From positions 288,001 through 352,000 of the forward strand of contig JAHPZH010000002.1 of the NCBI GenBank assembly GCA_019058315.1: a stretch of DNA of 64,000 nucleotides, given 5' to 3'. The notes below the pieces were generated by a model. It was not told where the DNA came from. It saw only the letters and a program-made list of their open reading frames with translations, and did no database searches. The position numbers and the translations under genes are program-made. This stretch comes from Candidatus Helarchaeota archaeon (GTDB lineage: Archaea; Asgardarchaeota; Lokiarchaeia; Helarchaeales; RDOG01). Shown here piece after piece: positions 9,775-18,630 of the stretch. Each line of letters begins with the position of its first letter. The stretch's first letter is position 1.

Positions 9775-12588
9775 TTATAGAAGTTGAGGTCCTTTCTTCT
9801 TTTTTTTCTCTTCCTCTTCAATCTGCTTTTCAACTTTTTTTAGTTTCTTTAAATCTTCTTCTGATAAATCTCGATCTATTTTCAAAAATGTAGGAGCTGC
9901 TTTGGCTTTTTTTAATTCTTCTTCCTTCTCTTTTATTATTAATTGATCTTCAGACAATACAGGACGAAACACAACATCTCCTAAAAGCATCAGAAATTCA
10001 TATAATTCGATTCTTTGCAATCTTTCCTTCTTATATTCTTCTAATTCCGCCTCTTTTTTACGTCCTTCATAAGGTCTTGATGCTAATAATCCCTCTTTTT
10101 GTTCTTCGTGTTTAAGTTTATAAGTTCGGGTCTCACCGGTCTCGTCCATGTATGTCACATAACTTGCTTTATCTTTTGCAGCTTTCTCTTGTAATTCGTC
10201 AAAATAGGACTTAGTTTTTTCTTTCTTAACTTCACCAACTACACCAGATTCCTCCCAATCTTTTTGACGTTCCGAATCCAAATCCTTAAATGAAGGTTCT
10301 TTAACTTTTTTATATTTTCTTTCTACTTTTTTAAATGGTTTATAATCTTCTGCTGCATATCTTGCAGTGTCCTTTAATTCAAGCTTTCTCTTACCTTTTA
10401 ACTCTTCCGGGATATAGTCTTTAGCTTTCTCTCTTGCATCATCCTTCAATTCTAGCTTTCTTTTTCCTTTTAATTCCTCTGGAATGTAATCCATAGCCTT
10501 ATAGCGAGCATCATCCTTTAATTCAAGCTTTCTCTTATAATCTTTATACTCTTCAGGGATGTAATCTTTTATTTCATCCTTATAATCATCAGTTAATTCT
10601 AATTTTCTCTTATATTTTAACTCCTCTGGAATATAATCTTCAGCCTTATAGCGGGCATCGTCCTTCAATTCAAGTTTTTTCTTATATTTTAACTCCTCCG
10701 GGACGTAATCTTCAGCCTTATAGCGAGCATCGTCCGTTAATTCAAGTTTTCTTTTATAATCTTTATATTCTTCAGGAATATAGTCAGTAATTTCTTCCTT
10801 ATAATCCTCCGATAGTTCTAGCTTTCTTTTGTATTTTAGCTCCTCCGGGACATAATCTTCAGCCTTATAGCGAGCATCATCCGTTAATTCAAGCTTTCTT
10901 TTATAATCTTTATATTCTTCAGGAATATAGTCAGTAATTTCTTCCTTATAATCCTCCGATAGTTCTAGCTTTCTTTTGTATTTTAACTCCTCCGGGACAT
11001 AATTCTTAGCTTGATAACGTGCATCATCCGTTAATTCAAGTTTCTTTTTATAATCCTTATATTCTTCAGGAATGTAGTCAGTAATCTCTTCCTTATAATC
11101 CTCAGATAGTTCTAGTTTCCTCTTATAATCTTTATATTCTTCAGGAATATAGTCTTTAATCTCTTCCTTATAATCCTCAGATATTTCCAGTTGTCTCTTA
11201 TACTTTAACTCCTCTGGAACATAATCTTTAGCTTTATAGCGAGCATCGTCTTTTAATTCTAGTTTTCTTTTATAATCTTTATACTCTTTGGGGATGAAAT
11301 CTTTAATTTCCTCTTTGTAATCTTCAGATAATTCAAGCTTTCTTTTATAATCTTTATATTCTTCTGGAATAAAATCCTTTATTTCCGCCTTATAATCCTC
11401 TGAAATCGCTTCTCTCTCTACTTTTTTATAAGGCATAAAATCTTTTATCTCTTTCTTATAATCATCTGTAATTTCTACTTTTTCCTTTTTTGGAACAGGT
11501 TTCCAATCCTTGGCAACAAATCTAGCTGTATCTTCAATTTCCAACTTTTTCTTTGGAACACCTTTTCCCGCTGCTGCATCAAGAATATCCTTACGTTGAG
11601 CATCAATTGTTTTAAAAGTTAAACCAGTTGGAACCTTAATTTTTCCCTTAATTGTTTGTGTTTTATCAGTAATTACTGTTTCATCTTGTTTCCATTGTTC
11701 AGCCATCGTCGCATCTATTTGTTTAAAAGTCGGTCCTGTATCATCCAGAAGTTGTTTCTTCATAGCAGGAGTTTCTTGGGTTGGTAATAGGTCAGATTGC
11801 ACTGTTTCTATTCGTTTATATGTACCTTCTGTATCCTCTAATAGTTCTTTTTTGTGAACAACAGGAGTGACTCCAGGCTGTAATAGAGATTCTTTAGTAC
11901 CAAATTGTTTAACCTCATCTTGAGGATAGGTAACTGGAGTCTGTTGAGCTTTTAATTTTGATTCTATTTCCTCTTCATATTGAAGGAAAGTTGGACTAGT
12001 AGTTTCTTCTATTTTTTGTTTTGGTTGTTCTGTGGGAATTTGATAGTCGATTTGTTTTTCTACTTGTTCATAAGTTGGTATGTATGTTTCAGGTATAGGT
12101 TGTTTTGTTATTTCTGGTTGTTCTATTTGGTTTTGATAACTTATTTGACCTTCTACTTGTTTATATGTTCCTTGATAGAGGGTTTCTTCAGAGGGAGTTT
12201 GACCATATTTGGGTGAAGGTTGGATGGTTTCTGGCATTTGTTCTTCAACAGTTTCATAAGTGGGTCTATAATATTCTTCTTGTTCCACATACGTTTCTGG
12301 AGGTTGAGTTGTTGGATAATCATAAGTTTTTTGTTCCTCTATGGGGGGTTGCTCAACAACAGGTTGCTGAACAGGAGGTTGAGGATAAGTAGCTGTTTCT
12401 TTTTGAGTAATAGCGGGGGGTATTGGTTCCGTCACTTGTGTTTTAGGAATACCTTGTCTACATTGAGGGGAACAAAAATCCCCTTCTATGAAGAAGCACT
12501 TTGAGCACATAAACCCTCCACAAACAGCACATTTATAATTATGTCGAGGGTTTTTTATATTTTTTCCACAACTTGAACAAATCGGCAA
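9775..12588 (-). CDS. 937-aa protein: N-terminal 8-Cys zinc finger, Pro/Gln/Glu-rich linker, tandem-repeat core, charged C-terminus; function unknown
   Basis: Long intact ORF (TTG start); CX2CX12CX2CX4CX2CX7CX3C; in-frame repeats with synonymous variation. Confidence 0.9.
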   Translation of the reverse strand: MPICSSCGKNIKNPRHNYKCAVCGGFMCSKCFFIEGDFCSPQCRQGIPKTQVTEPIPPAITQKETATYPQPPVQQPVVEQPPIEEQKTYDYPTTQPPETYVEQEEYYRPTYETVEEQMPETIQPSPKYGQTPSEETLYQGTYKQVEGQISYQNQIEQPEITKQPIPETYIPTYEQVEKQIDYQIPTEQPKQKIEETTSPTFLQYEEEIESKLKAQQTPVTYPQDEVKQFGTKESLLQPGVTPVVHKKELLEDTEGTYKRIETVQSDLLPTQETPAMKKQLLDDTGPTFKQIDATMAEQWKQDETVITDKTQTIKGKIKVPTGLTFKTIDAQRKDILDAAAGKGVPKKKLEIEDTARFVAKDWKPVPKKEKVEITDDYKKEIKDFMPYKKVEREAISEDYKAEIKDFIPEEYKDYKRKLELSEDYKEEIKDFIPKEYKDYKRKLELKDDARYKAKDYVPEELKYKRQLEISEDYKEEIKDYIPEEYKDYKRKLELSEDYKEEITDYIPEEYKDYKKKLELTDDARYQAKNYVPEELKYKRKLELSEDYKEEITDYIPEEYKDYKRKLELTDDARYKAEDYVPEELKYKRKLELSEDYKEEITDYIPEEYKDYKRKLELTDDARYKAEDYVPEELKYKKKLELKDDARYKAEDYIPEELKYKRKLELTDDYKDEIKDYIPEEYKDYKRKLELKDDARYKAMDYIPEELKGKRKLELKDDAREKAKDYIPEELKGKRKLELKDTARYAAEDYKPFKKVERKYKKVKEPSFKDLDSERQKDWEESGVVGEVKKEKTKSYFDELQEKAAKDKASYVTYMDETGETRTYKLKHEEQKEGLLASRPYEGRKKEAELEEYKKERLQRIELYEFLMLLGDVVFRPVLSEDQLIIKEKEEELKKAKAAPTFLKIDRDLSEEDLKKLKKVEKQIEEEEKKKKKGPQLL
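10333..11554 (-). repeat. Coding tandem repeat of about 17 units of 72/75 bp (24/25 aa), two types, partly arranged as a 147-bp super-repeat
   Basis: Type A KRKLELSEDYKEEITDYIPEEYKDY, type B KRKLELTDDARYKAEDYVPEELKY; near-identical 147-bp copies at about 10700-10990. Confidence 0.95.
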
Positions 12589-12978
12589 TAAAATTCCCTC
12601 TATGGGTTATTTTATTTTCAATATTTTATGATAAATAGTACATTTTATACTTTTTGATCATTTATATTAGAAATATTAACAAATTATAAAATATAATTCC
12701 TACATTTTAATTTAGAATAAAAATATCTTTTTTCTTAAATCATATATTCGTATGATTCATTAAATTTATTGGTTTTTATACTGAATTAATAATACCTAAT
12801 TACAAATTATATTAAATATGGAATTTCCTTAAAATCATAATCAATTATAGATATTGACTTTATTCGATAAAAATATTATAAACGATGAAATAAATAATAA
12901 TGATAGAACTACTATAATTGATTAAAAACTGTTTGCAATACACACCTAAAAAATTTAGAAAAAATATGGGATATAGAT

Positions 12979-13647
12979 ATGGAACGTGTGGATATAGAGA
13001 AAATCATTGCTGGAGTCGAAGCCCGGCGGATTATTCTAAATTGCTTATTAGATGGGCGAAAAACAGGGAGCGAAATAAGATGGGCTCTTGCAGACAGTTT
13101 CGATAGACGAATCGATGGTGTTTCTGACACTCTTTTATATTTTAATCTCCAACACCTCGAAAACTGTGAAATTATATCTCGGACAAAAGAATGGAAACTT
13201 AAATATTCTGAAATCCACCCAAGTAAAATTCAAAGTATTCGAAGATTTTTCCACAAGATTGTACCTATTACGATAATTGGAGGAATAGATGATGATATTA
13301 CTGTTATTCGAAGCCTCCGGAGTCGTTTACGTGTTGAAAAGTCAATGACCCCGCCAGAAAAATACTTTTTCATCGGACCGGAAACCCTAAGGAGAAAAAT
13401 TGCTGGTTTATTCCCTGATGTAAAACTTTTATATGCAAAAGAAGAAATATATAAAAATCCGGCCGAATTACGCGATTTTATCAAACTAGAAATGTTAGAT
13501 CCTGAGATAATGAACAATGAAGTTATAATTGATGTCTCTTCAGGATCTAGAGTTTGTTCATTAGCATTACTTAGCCTTGCTTATGAATATGGCCTAAGAT
13601 GCATTTATCTGGACGAAAATGAGAAGTTAACTTGGTTAATTGAATAA
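12979..13647 (+). CDS. Winged-helix (ArsR-like) plus CARF-like domain transcription regulator
   Basis: N-terminal RRIILNCL...GSEI...LLYFNLQHLENCEII wHTH; C-terminal VIIDVSSGSRVCSLALLSLA...CIYL resembles the CARF DxxxGxK/R helix motif. Confidence 0.65.
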   Translation: MERVDIEKIIAGVEARRIILNCLLDGRKTGSEIRWALADSFDRRIDGVSDTLLYFNLQHLENCEIISRTKEWKLKYSEIHPSKIQSIRRFFHKIVPITIIGGIDDDITVIRSLRSRLRVEKSMTPPEKYFFIGPETLRRKIAGLFPDVKLLYAKEEIYKNPAELRDFIKLEMLDPEIMNNEVIIDVSSGSRVCSLALLSLAYEYGLRCIYLDENEKLTWLIE

Positions 13648-13661
13648 ATAGCGTATTTTAA

Positions 13662-14177
13662 TTATTTTTCTAAAATCTTATCTGTAAGGAGTCTAAATGC
13701 TTCTTCTACGTTTTCTCCTGAGCTAGCTGAAGTTTCAAAAAAGGGGAGTTTTTTCTTTTCACCATATTCTTTGCCCATATCTTTTGTAACTTTCCGTTCT
13801 TTATCTGCCAAATCCGATTTATTACCTAATAAAACAACTGGAACATCGCCACAATAAGTCCGAAGATTTTCAAGCCAGTCATCTAATTCATTAAAAGTCT
13901 CCTTTCGGGTAATATCATAAACCAGAATTGCTCCTTGAGCTTCAGAGTAGTAGTCTGGACGTATCCATTTGAATTTTATATCCCCTGCAATATCCCAAAT
14001 TTGTAGTAAAACTCTAATATTCTTATCTGGATAGTCTAAATATTTAATAGTGAAGTCTGCACCAATAGTTTTTAAATAAGACTCACTAAATTTTCCAGTA
14101 GTAAAACGTCGAACTAAACTTGTTTTTCCTACTGCTGGTTCTCCAATTGTAACACATTTAAATCCCAAAGTTCTCAT
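13662..14177 (-). CDS. Rab-like small GTPase
   Basis: GEPAVGKTS, TIGADF, WDIAG, NKSD, ETSA; no C-terminal prenylation motif. Confidence 0.93.
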   Translation of the reverse strand: MRTLGFKCVTIGEPAVGKTSLVRRFTTGKFSESYLKTIGADFTIKYLDYPDKNIRVLLQIWDIAGDIKFKWIRPDYYSEAQGAILVYDITRKETFNELDDWLENLRTYCGDVPVVLLGNKSDLADKERKVTKDMGKEYGEKKKLPFFETSASSGENVEEAFRLLTDKILEK

Positions 14178-14404
14178 TTAATTCCACCATAAATATTTAT
14201 AATTTTGGATTTCCTAATTGAGCTCCCTCTTTCTTCAATTTTTATTTACAACCATAATAAAGGGACTTTTTAATTTTGTATAACTTTCATAGTATATAAT
14301 TATTTTTTTATATCAATAAAATGATCTTATTTTTTATTTCTGTCGATATAATATGACATATTTTATACTATTTATGAGATTTTTATAAAGTATGATAATT
14401 TTTG

Positions 14405-15064
14405 TCATCTCTCTAGACTAAAATTTCGTTCTTTTTTATTGATTTTTATTCCATAAGAAATAATTCGAAATAATGCAGTTAAATTTGAAAATATTGCTAA
14501 AAAAATTAGCCCAAAAATTGGTAATAATATCAATGAAGAAATAGTTAGCACTAGTAATCTTTCTGATCTGCCTAAAAGACCAATATCTGTATCTTCCATT
14601 CCAAATTTTTCAGCTAATGATCTAGAATAGCTTGTAAGTAAAATTCCTATTATTGTGATAATTACCCATATATAGAGAGGTAAATAGTAATTGTAATTAG
14701 CATCTGATATAAGATCGGGTTCATAAAAAACGATGAAACCAAAAATCAAAATAAAATCTGTGTAACGATCCATAGTTGAATCGAAGAATCCTCCAAAATT
14801 TGATTGACTTCCTGTTAATCGTGCTAAGGCTCCATCCACCCCATCAAATAACATAATAAAGAAGATTATAATACCAAATAAAATCGAACCTATTATCGTT
14901 CCTGCAAAATAAAATAATATTACAGCTATTATTGCAAATATTGGTCCAATTAATGTAACATGGTTAGGTTTAACATTAACAGTAGCGAATTTTTCAGCTA
15001 TAAAATTAACTAATTTTCCTTTGAATAATTTCCTTATCCGAAATTTTGAGGGCAATAAATTCAC
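14405..15064 (-). CDS. CDP-alcohol phosphatidyltransferase family protein
   Basis: PNHVT, DGVDGALAR...GGFFDSTMDRYTD, SYSRS, GRSERL; multiple TM segments. Confidence 0.92.
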   Translation of the reverse strand: MNLLPSKFRIRKLFKGKLVNFIAEKFATVNVKPNHVTLIGPIFAIIAVILFYFAGTIIGSILFGIIIFFIMLFDGVDGALARLTGSQSNFGGFFDSTMDRYTDFILIFGFIVFYEPDLISDANYNYYLPLYIWVIITIIGILLTSYSRSLAEKFGMEDTDIGLLGRSERLLVLTISSLILLPIFGLIFLAIFSNLTALFRIISYGIKINKKERNFSLER

Positions 15065-15083
15065 TCAAATAATTTAACTAAGA

Positions 15084-16139
15084 TTAACTCAAATTTACAT
15101 CAATTATATTGTTTTTATAAATAATTGTATTTTTTATTTTAGAATCTTCTAAAACTTGTGAGTTTCCAAATACAATTGAATTTTTAATTTCTGAATTTGC
15201 TTCTAATCCACAATTATCATATATTGAAACATATGGACCTATTTTAGATTTAATTTTCGAATAACAATTCTTCCCAATTATTATAGGGGGTATGATTTCA
15301 GTTGTTGGATGAAATAAATTTATTCCAGGCAATTTCATATCCTTTATTTTTCCTTCTCTTAAAGGGCTGATATGGTTAATTGGTGTGATATTATTTTTTA
15401 ATGCAAACTGATTTACAACCAAGAGATCATTTAAATTATCCATATCAAACCAATAATCATTAGGAAAGTCAAAATAATTTAGTGGTTTTAAATTTTTAAT
15501 ATAAATATTTAAAGCGGAGGTAACATTTTCCGCATTTTGTGCTATCGCATCTTCAACATAATCAAAGATATCAGGAGAACAAATAGTTAAAGGGATAGCA
15601 ACCCCAAAAGCGTCCGATTTATTCAAAACGCGATTATTAAAACCAGATACTTTTCCATACTTAACGAATTTATGCTGTGAATTAAGGCGCGATTGAGAAT
15701 AAGTAAATACCTTAGTGCCCTGTTTGTGTTGTTTAGAAGAGTCAATAGCTATAGAAATAGACCCTTTCTTATGATATTGTGTTAAAGATGAAATTATTTT
15801 TGGACTTACGAATAAATCGGATGGGCATAAAATGAAATCTTCTTCAATATCTTGGTTCTTAGCAGAATAAAATGTATAAATCGGTCCTTTTTCATAATTT
15901 TTAGCCTGGACTATCTTTATATCCATAGATGGTAAATTTATTGTTTTTAAAAATTCAATTATTTGATCTTTCAAATGACCAACTAATATAATAATCTCAG
16001 AAACATTAGCTTTCTGAAAATTAAGAATTAGATGTTCAATTATTGGTCGATTTGCAATTGGTATTAAAGATTTTGGCGTCATATCTGAAAGGGATTTCAT
16101 TCCACTCCCTAATCCTGCTGCCAAAATAACAACTTTCAA
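15084..16139 (-). CDS. Sugar-phosphate nucleotidyltransferase with C-terminal beta-helix
   Basis: ILAAGLGS, PKSLIPIANRPII, WFDMD, hexapeptide-like tail. Confidence 0.85.
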   Translation of the reverse strand: MKVVILAAGLGSGMKSLSDMTPKSLIPIANRPIIEHLILNFQKANVSEIIILVGHLKDQIIEFLKTINLPSMDIKIVQAKNYEKGPIYTFYSAKNQDIEEDFILCPSDLFVSPKIISSLTQYHKKGSISIAIDSSKQHKQGTKVFTYSQSRLNSQHKFVKYGKVSGFNNRVLNKSDAFGVAIPLTICSPDIFDYVEDAIAQNAENVTSALNIYIKNLKPLNYFDFPNDYWFDMDNLNDLLVVNQFALKNNITPINHISPLREGKIKDMKLPGINLFHPTTEIIPPIIIGKNCYSKIKSKIGPYVSIYDNCGLEANSEIKNSIVFGNSQVLEDSKIKNTIIYKNNIIDVNLS

Positions 16140-16149
16140 TAAAAATCTC

Positions 16150-16764
16150 CTAAAATGAAATTTTAATGGGTCCTTTACGAATTACTTTTGGAGGTCTTTT
16201 TGTTAAGTCTACAACTGTTGAAGATACTCCCAATTTTGAAGGTCCACCATCTAAGATTAAATCTACTAACTCACCAATTTGGCGGGTCGCTTCTTCAGCA
16301 TTGGTGGGGCTTTTCTGATTTGATATATTTGCACTTGTTCCAATCATTAGACCATTGCTTAAATGCGTAAGAAGCAAAGCAATCTTATTTTGAGGTATTC
16401 TAACAGCAACATTAGGCCGCCCTCCGGTAACAATTGATGGTAGACTGTCTAATTTGGGAATAATAATGGTTAATGGACCGGGCCAGTACGTATTTGCCAA
16501 GACCTCAACTTGCATATTAACCTTTGCAATACGTTTGATTGCATTTAAAGAAGATGCTAATATTGGTAATCCTTTTTTTTCATCTCTCCTTTTAATTATT
16601 AGAAGATTATTAACAGCCGTTACATTCATGGGATCTGTTCCTAGCCCATATACAGTATCGGTAGGATAGACCACTAATTTTCCTTGTTTGATAAATTCAG
16701 CTGCTTTATTTAAGACTTTTAGGTCTAATTTATTTGGATCGAGACTAATTATCTTATCATTCAA
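16150..16764 (-). CDS. tsaC: Threonylcarbamoyl-AMP synthase (single-domain TsaC/YrdC form)
   Basis: PTDTVYGL, KRR, WPGPLT, TSANIS, STVVD. Confidence 0.92.
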   Translation of the reverse strand: MNDKIISLDPNKLDLKVLNKAAEFIKQGKLVVYPTDTVYGLGTDPMNVTAVNNLLIIKRRDEKKGLPILASSLNAIKRIAKVNMQVEVLANTYWPGPLTIIIPKLDSLPSIVTGGRPNVAVRIPQNKIALLLTHLSNGLMIGTSANISNQKSPTNAEEATRQIGELVDLILDGGPSKLGVSSTVVDLTKRPPKVIRKGPIKISF

Positions 16765-16832
16765 AATTCTTCAACATATGATTTAATAAAGATCATTTAT
16801 TTTTTTAGCCAGTACTAAAGAATAGAAATGAA

Positions 16833-17366
16833 ATGATAAAAAAATTTAATTTTTTAATTTCTTGTCCAAGATTGCGTGAACGGGACGCTTGTGCAGAAAT
16901 GTGGTATTTTTTCTCCTTTATAGGGGATGAAGAGGCTAAATGTAGAAAATCCAAGTTTCCAGGCCTTTTATACGCAAAAACAACTTTGGATCCATTTAAT
17001 GCTATAAAAAAATTAAGAGAACTTGCTATGGATGATCCTTATTCCTTTAAATTGGTGTTAAAAATTCAGCCTATTGAAGATATAGTTCCTTCAGATATTG
17101 ATAAAATGATTGAATGGATTAAAAAAAAGGTTGGGAGTATCTTAAATTCTCAAACGTTTAAAATCAATGTAGAGAAAAGAATGACTGATTTAGATAGAGA
17201 TGAAATTATAAAGGCATTGGCAGAATATGTAGATAGAAAAGTTGATTTAACAAATCCAGATAAAATCATAATGGTTCAAATCTTGGGCGACTATACCGGA
17301 TTATCTATTATAGAACCAGAAGATATTATATCAATTCCTAAAATAATTGCTCAATCCCAAAAATAA
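16833..17366 (+). CDS. THUMP-domain RNA-binding protein (Tan1-like)
   Basis: FKINVEKR...IIKALA...KVDLTNPDKII THUMP signature. Confidence 0.88.
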   Translation: MIKKFNFLISCPRLRERDACAEMWYFFSFIGDEEAKCRKSKFPGLLYAKTTLDPFNAIKKLRELAMDDPYSFKLVLKIQPIEDIVPSDIDKMIEWIKKKVGSILNSQTFKINVEKRMTDLDRDEIIKALAEYVDRKVDLTNPDKIIMVQILGDYTGLSIIEPEDIISIPKIIAQSQK

Positions 17367-17368
17367 TC

Positions 17369-17965
17369 TCATTTTTCAAATACTAAAAATGCAATTCGAT
17401 TCAATATAATATCTTTCAGAGCCTCCATTTTATCATCCTGCTTACTAGAAACTGAAGTTGTTTCAATTTCTAATTGGGTGATATTAAAATTATTACATAT
17501 GGATTCGTATTTTTTTCCATCAATATTTAGAACTGATTCATTTTCAGTCCCATTTATCAATTCTGATATATTTAATTTTGAATTTTCAATTTCCTCCTTA
17601 GAATTTCCCAAAATAATCATAGCAATATTCTTTATTTCCTCATTTACACCAAATCTTTCAATTGCAACTTTTATTTGATGTTGCGCAGAAGTATATAATA
17701 AAATTTCAAGTTCTAATTTATTAGAGATATTCATTCCTTGTTTAAACGCTTTTAAAGAATGAATAACACTAAAAAATAAATGTTGCCAGCTCGCAATTAA
17801 CTTGGAATTAAAAAATTGAATAATAACTTTGTGATTATTTTGAATTTTACCAATTTCATCTTCTATTTCTCTATAACTAATCTTGATATTTGAAAATCCG
17901 GTTATATAAACCCATTTATAAGAAAATTCTTCATCTTTTAGTTCTTTGAACATTTTTTCTAACAC
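17369..17965 (-). CDS. cgi121: KEOPS complex subunit Cgi121
   Basis: QFFNSKLIASWQHL, ELEILLYTSAQHQIKVAIERFG. Confidence 0.85.
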   Translation of the reverse strand: MLEKMFKELKDEEFSYKWVYITGFSNIKISYREIEDEIGKIQNNHKVIIQFFNSKLIASWQHLFFSVIHSLKAFKQGMNISNKLELEILLYTSAQHQIKVAIERFGVNEEIKNIAMIILGNSKEEIENSKLNISELINGTENESVLNIDGKKYESICNNFNITQLEIETTSVSSKQDDKMEALKDIILNRIAFLVFEK

Positions 17966-17974
17966 TCTAACTTT

Positions 17975-18544
17975 CTACATAAAATCCAGTAATTTATCAA
18001 TGATTTCTTTTTCAACTTCGAGTTTAGATAGTTGATTTTTAATATTTGATATATCTTTTTTTGATTTTTGTAATGCATAAATAGTCTCGTTAATTTCCCA
18101 AGGATAAATTATCCAAGCATCTACTTCTTGAATATAAAAATCAGGGGTGAATTTAGAATGAGGTTTTTTATGTAGTGTAGCAGTTTTCATAACATCACAA
18201 CCTCTGCTTCTAATATAATTAGATATAAAATCCATAGTTTCCCCAGTATCCACCAAATCATCACAAATAAGAATTTTGCGATTTTTTATATTACAAGAAA
18301 AGTCGTTTATAAGTCTAGGTGATGATTTCTTTTGATTTATCGTTTTATAATATTCTAATTGTAATGTATCAATCTCTTTAACTTTAAGAAAATCAGAAAG
18401 TAATCTTGAAATTATAAGTCCTCCCCTTGCTAGACCTAATATTAAATCAGGAAAAAAGTCTTCTTTCTTAATTTTTTTTGCTAGTTCAAGACATTGAAAA
18501 TAGATTTTAGACCAATTGAAGTAGATATAATCCAATTTAATCAC
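17975..18544 (-). CDS. Purine phosphoribosyltransferase (Hpt/Gpt-like)
   Basis: GLARGG, ILICDDLVDTGET, WIIYPWE. Confidence 0.9.
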   Translation of the reverse strand: MIKLDYIYFNWSKIYFQCLELAKKIKKEDFFPDLILGLARGGLIISRLLSDFLKVKEIDTLQLEYYKTINQKKSSPRLINDFSCNIKNRKILICDDLVDTGETMDFISNYIRSRGCDVMKTATLHKKPHSKFTPDFYIQEVDAWIIYPWEINETIYALQKSKKDISNIKNQLSKLEVEKEIIDKLLDFM

Positions 18545-18630
18545 AAATTATACATTATATTGAAAGATTTAAAAGATTAGAAATTTAATTAAATTCGGTG
18601 AAACATAAGTAGATATCAAGGAGTAATATT

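Noticed and set aside
10333-11554. Regular repeats as a CRISPR array
   Set aside because: Units are contiguous multiples of 3 inside an intact ORF with synonymous variation; no unique spacers and no cas genes
12918-13106. 62-aa ORF overlapping the start of the HTH-CARF gene
   Set aside because: Out-of-frame overlap with a better-supported gene; no motif
14341-14358. Short palindrome TGTC-N10-GACA upstream of the Rab-like gene
   Set aside because: Too short to distinguish from chance in AT-rich DNA
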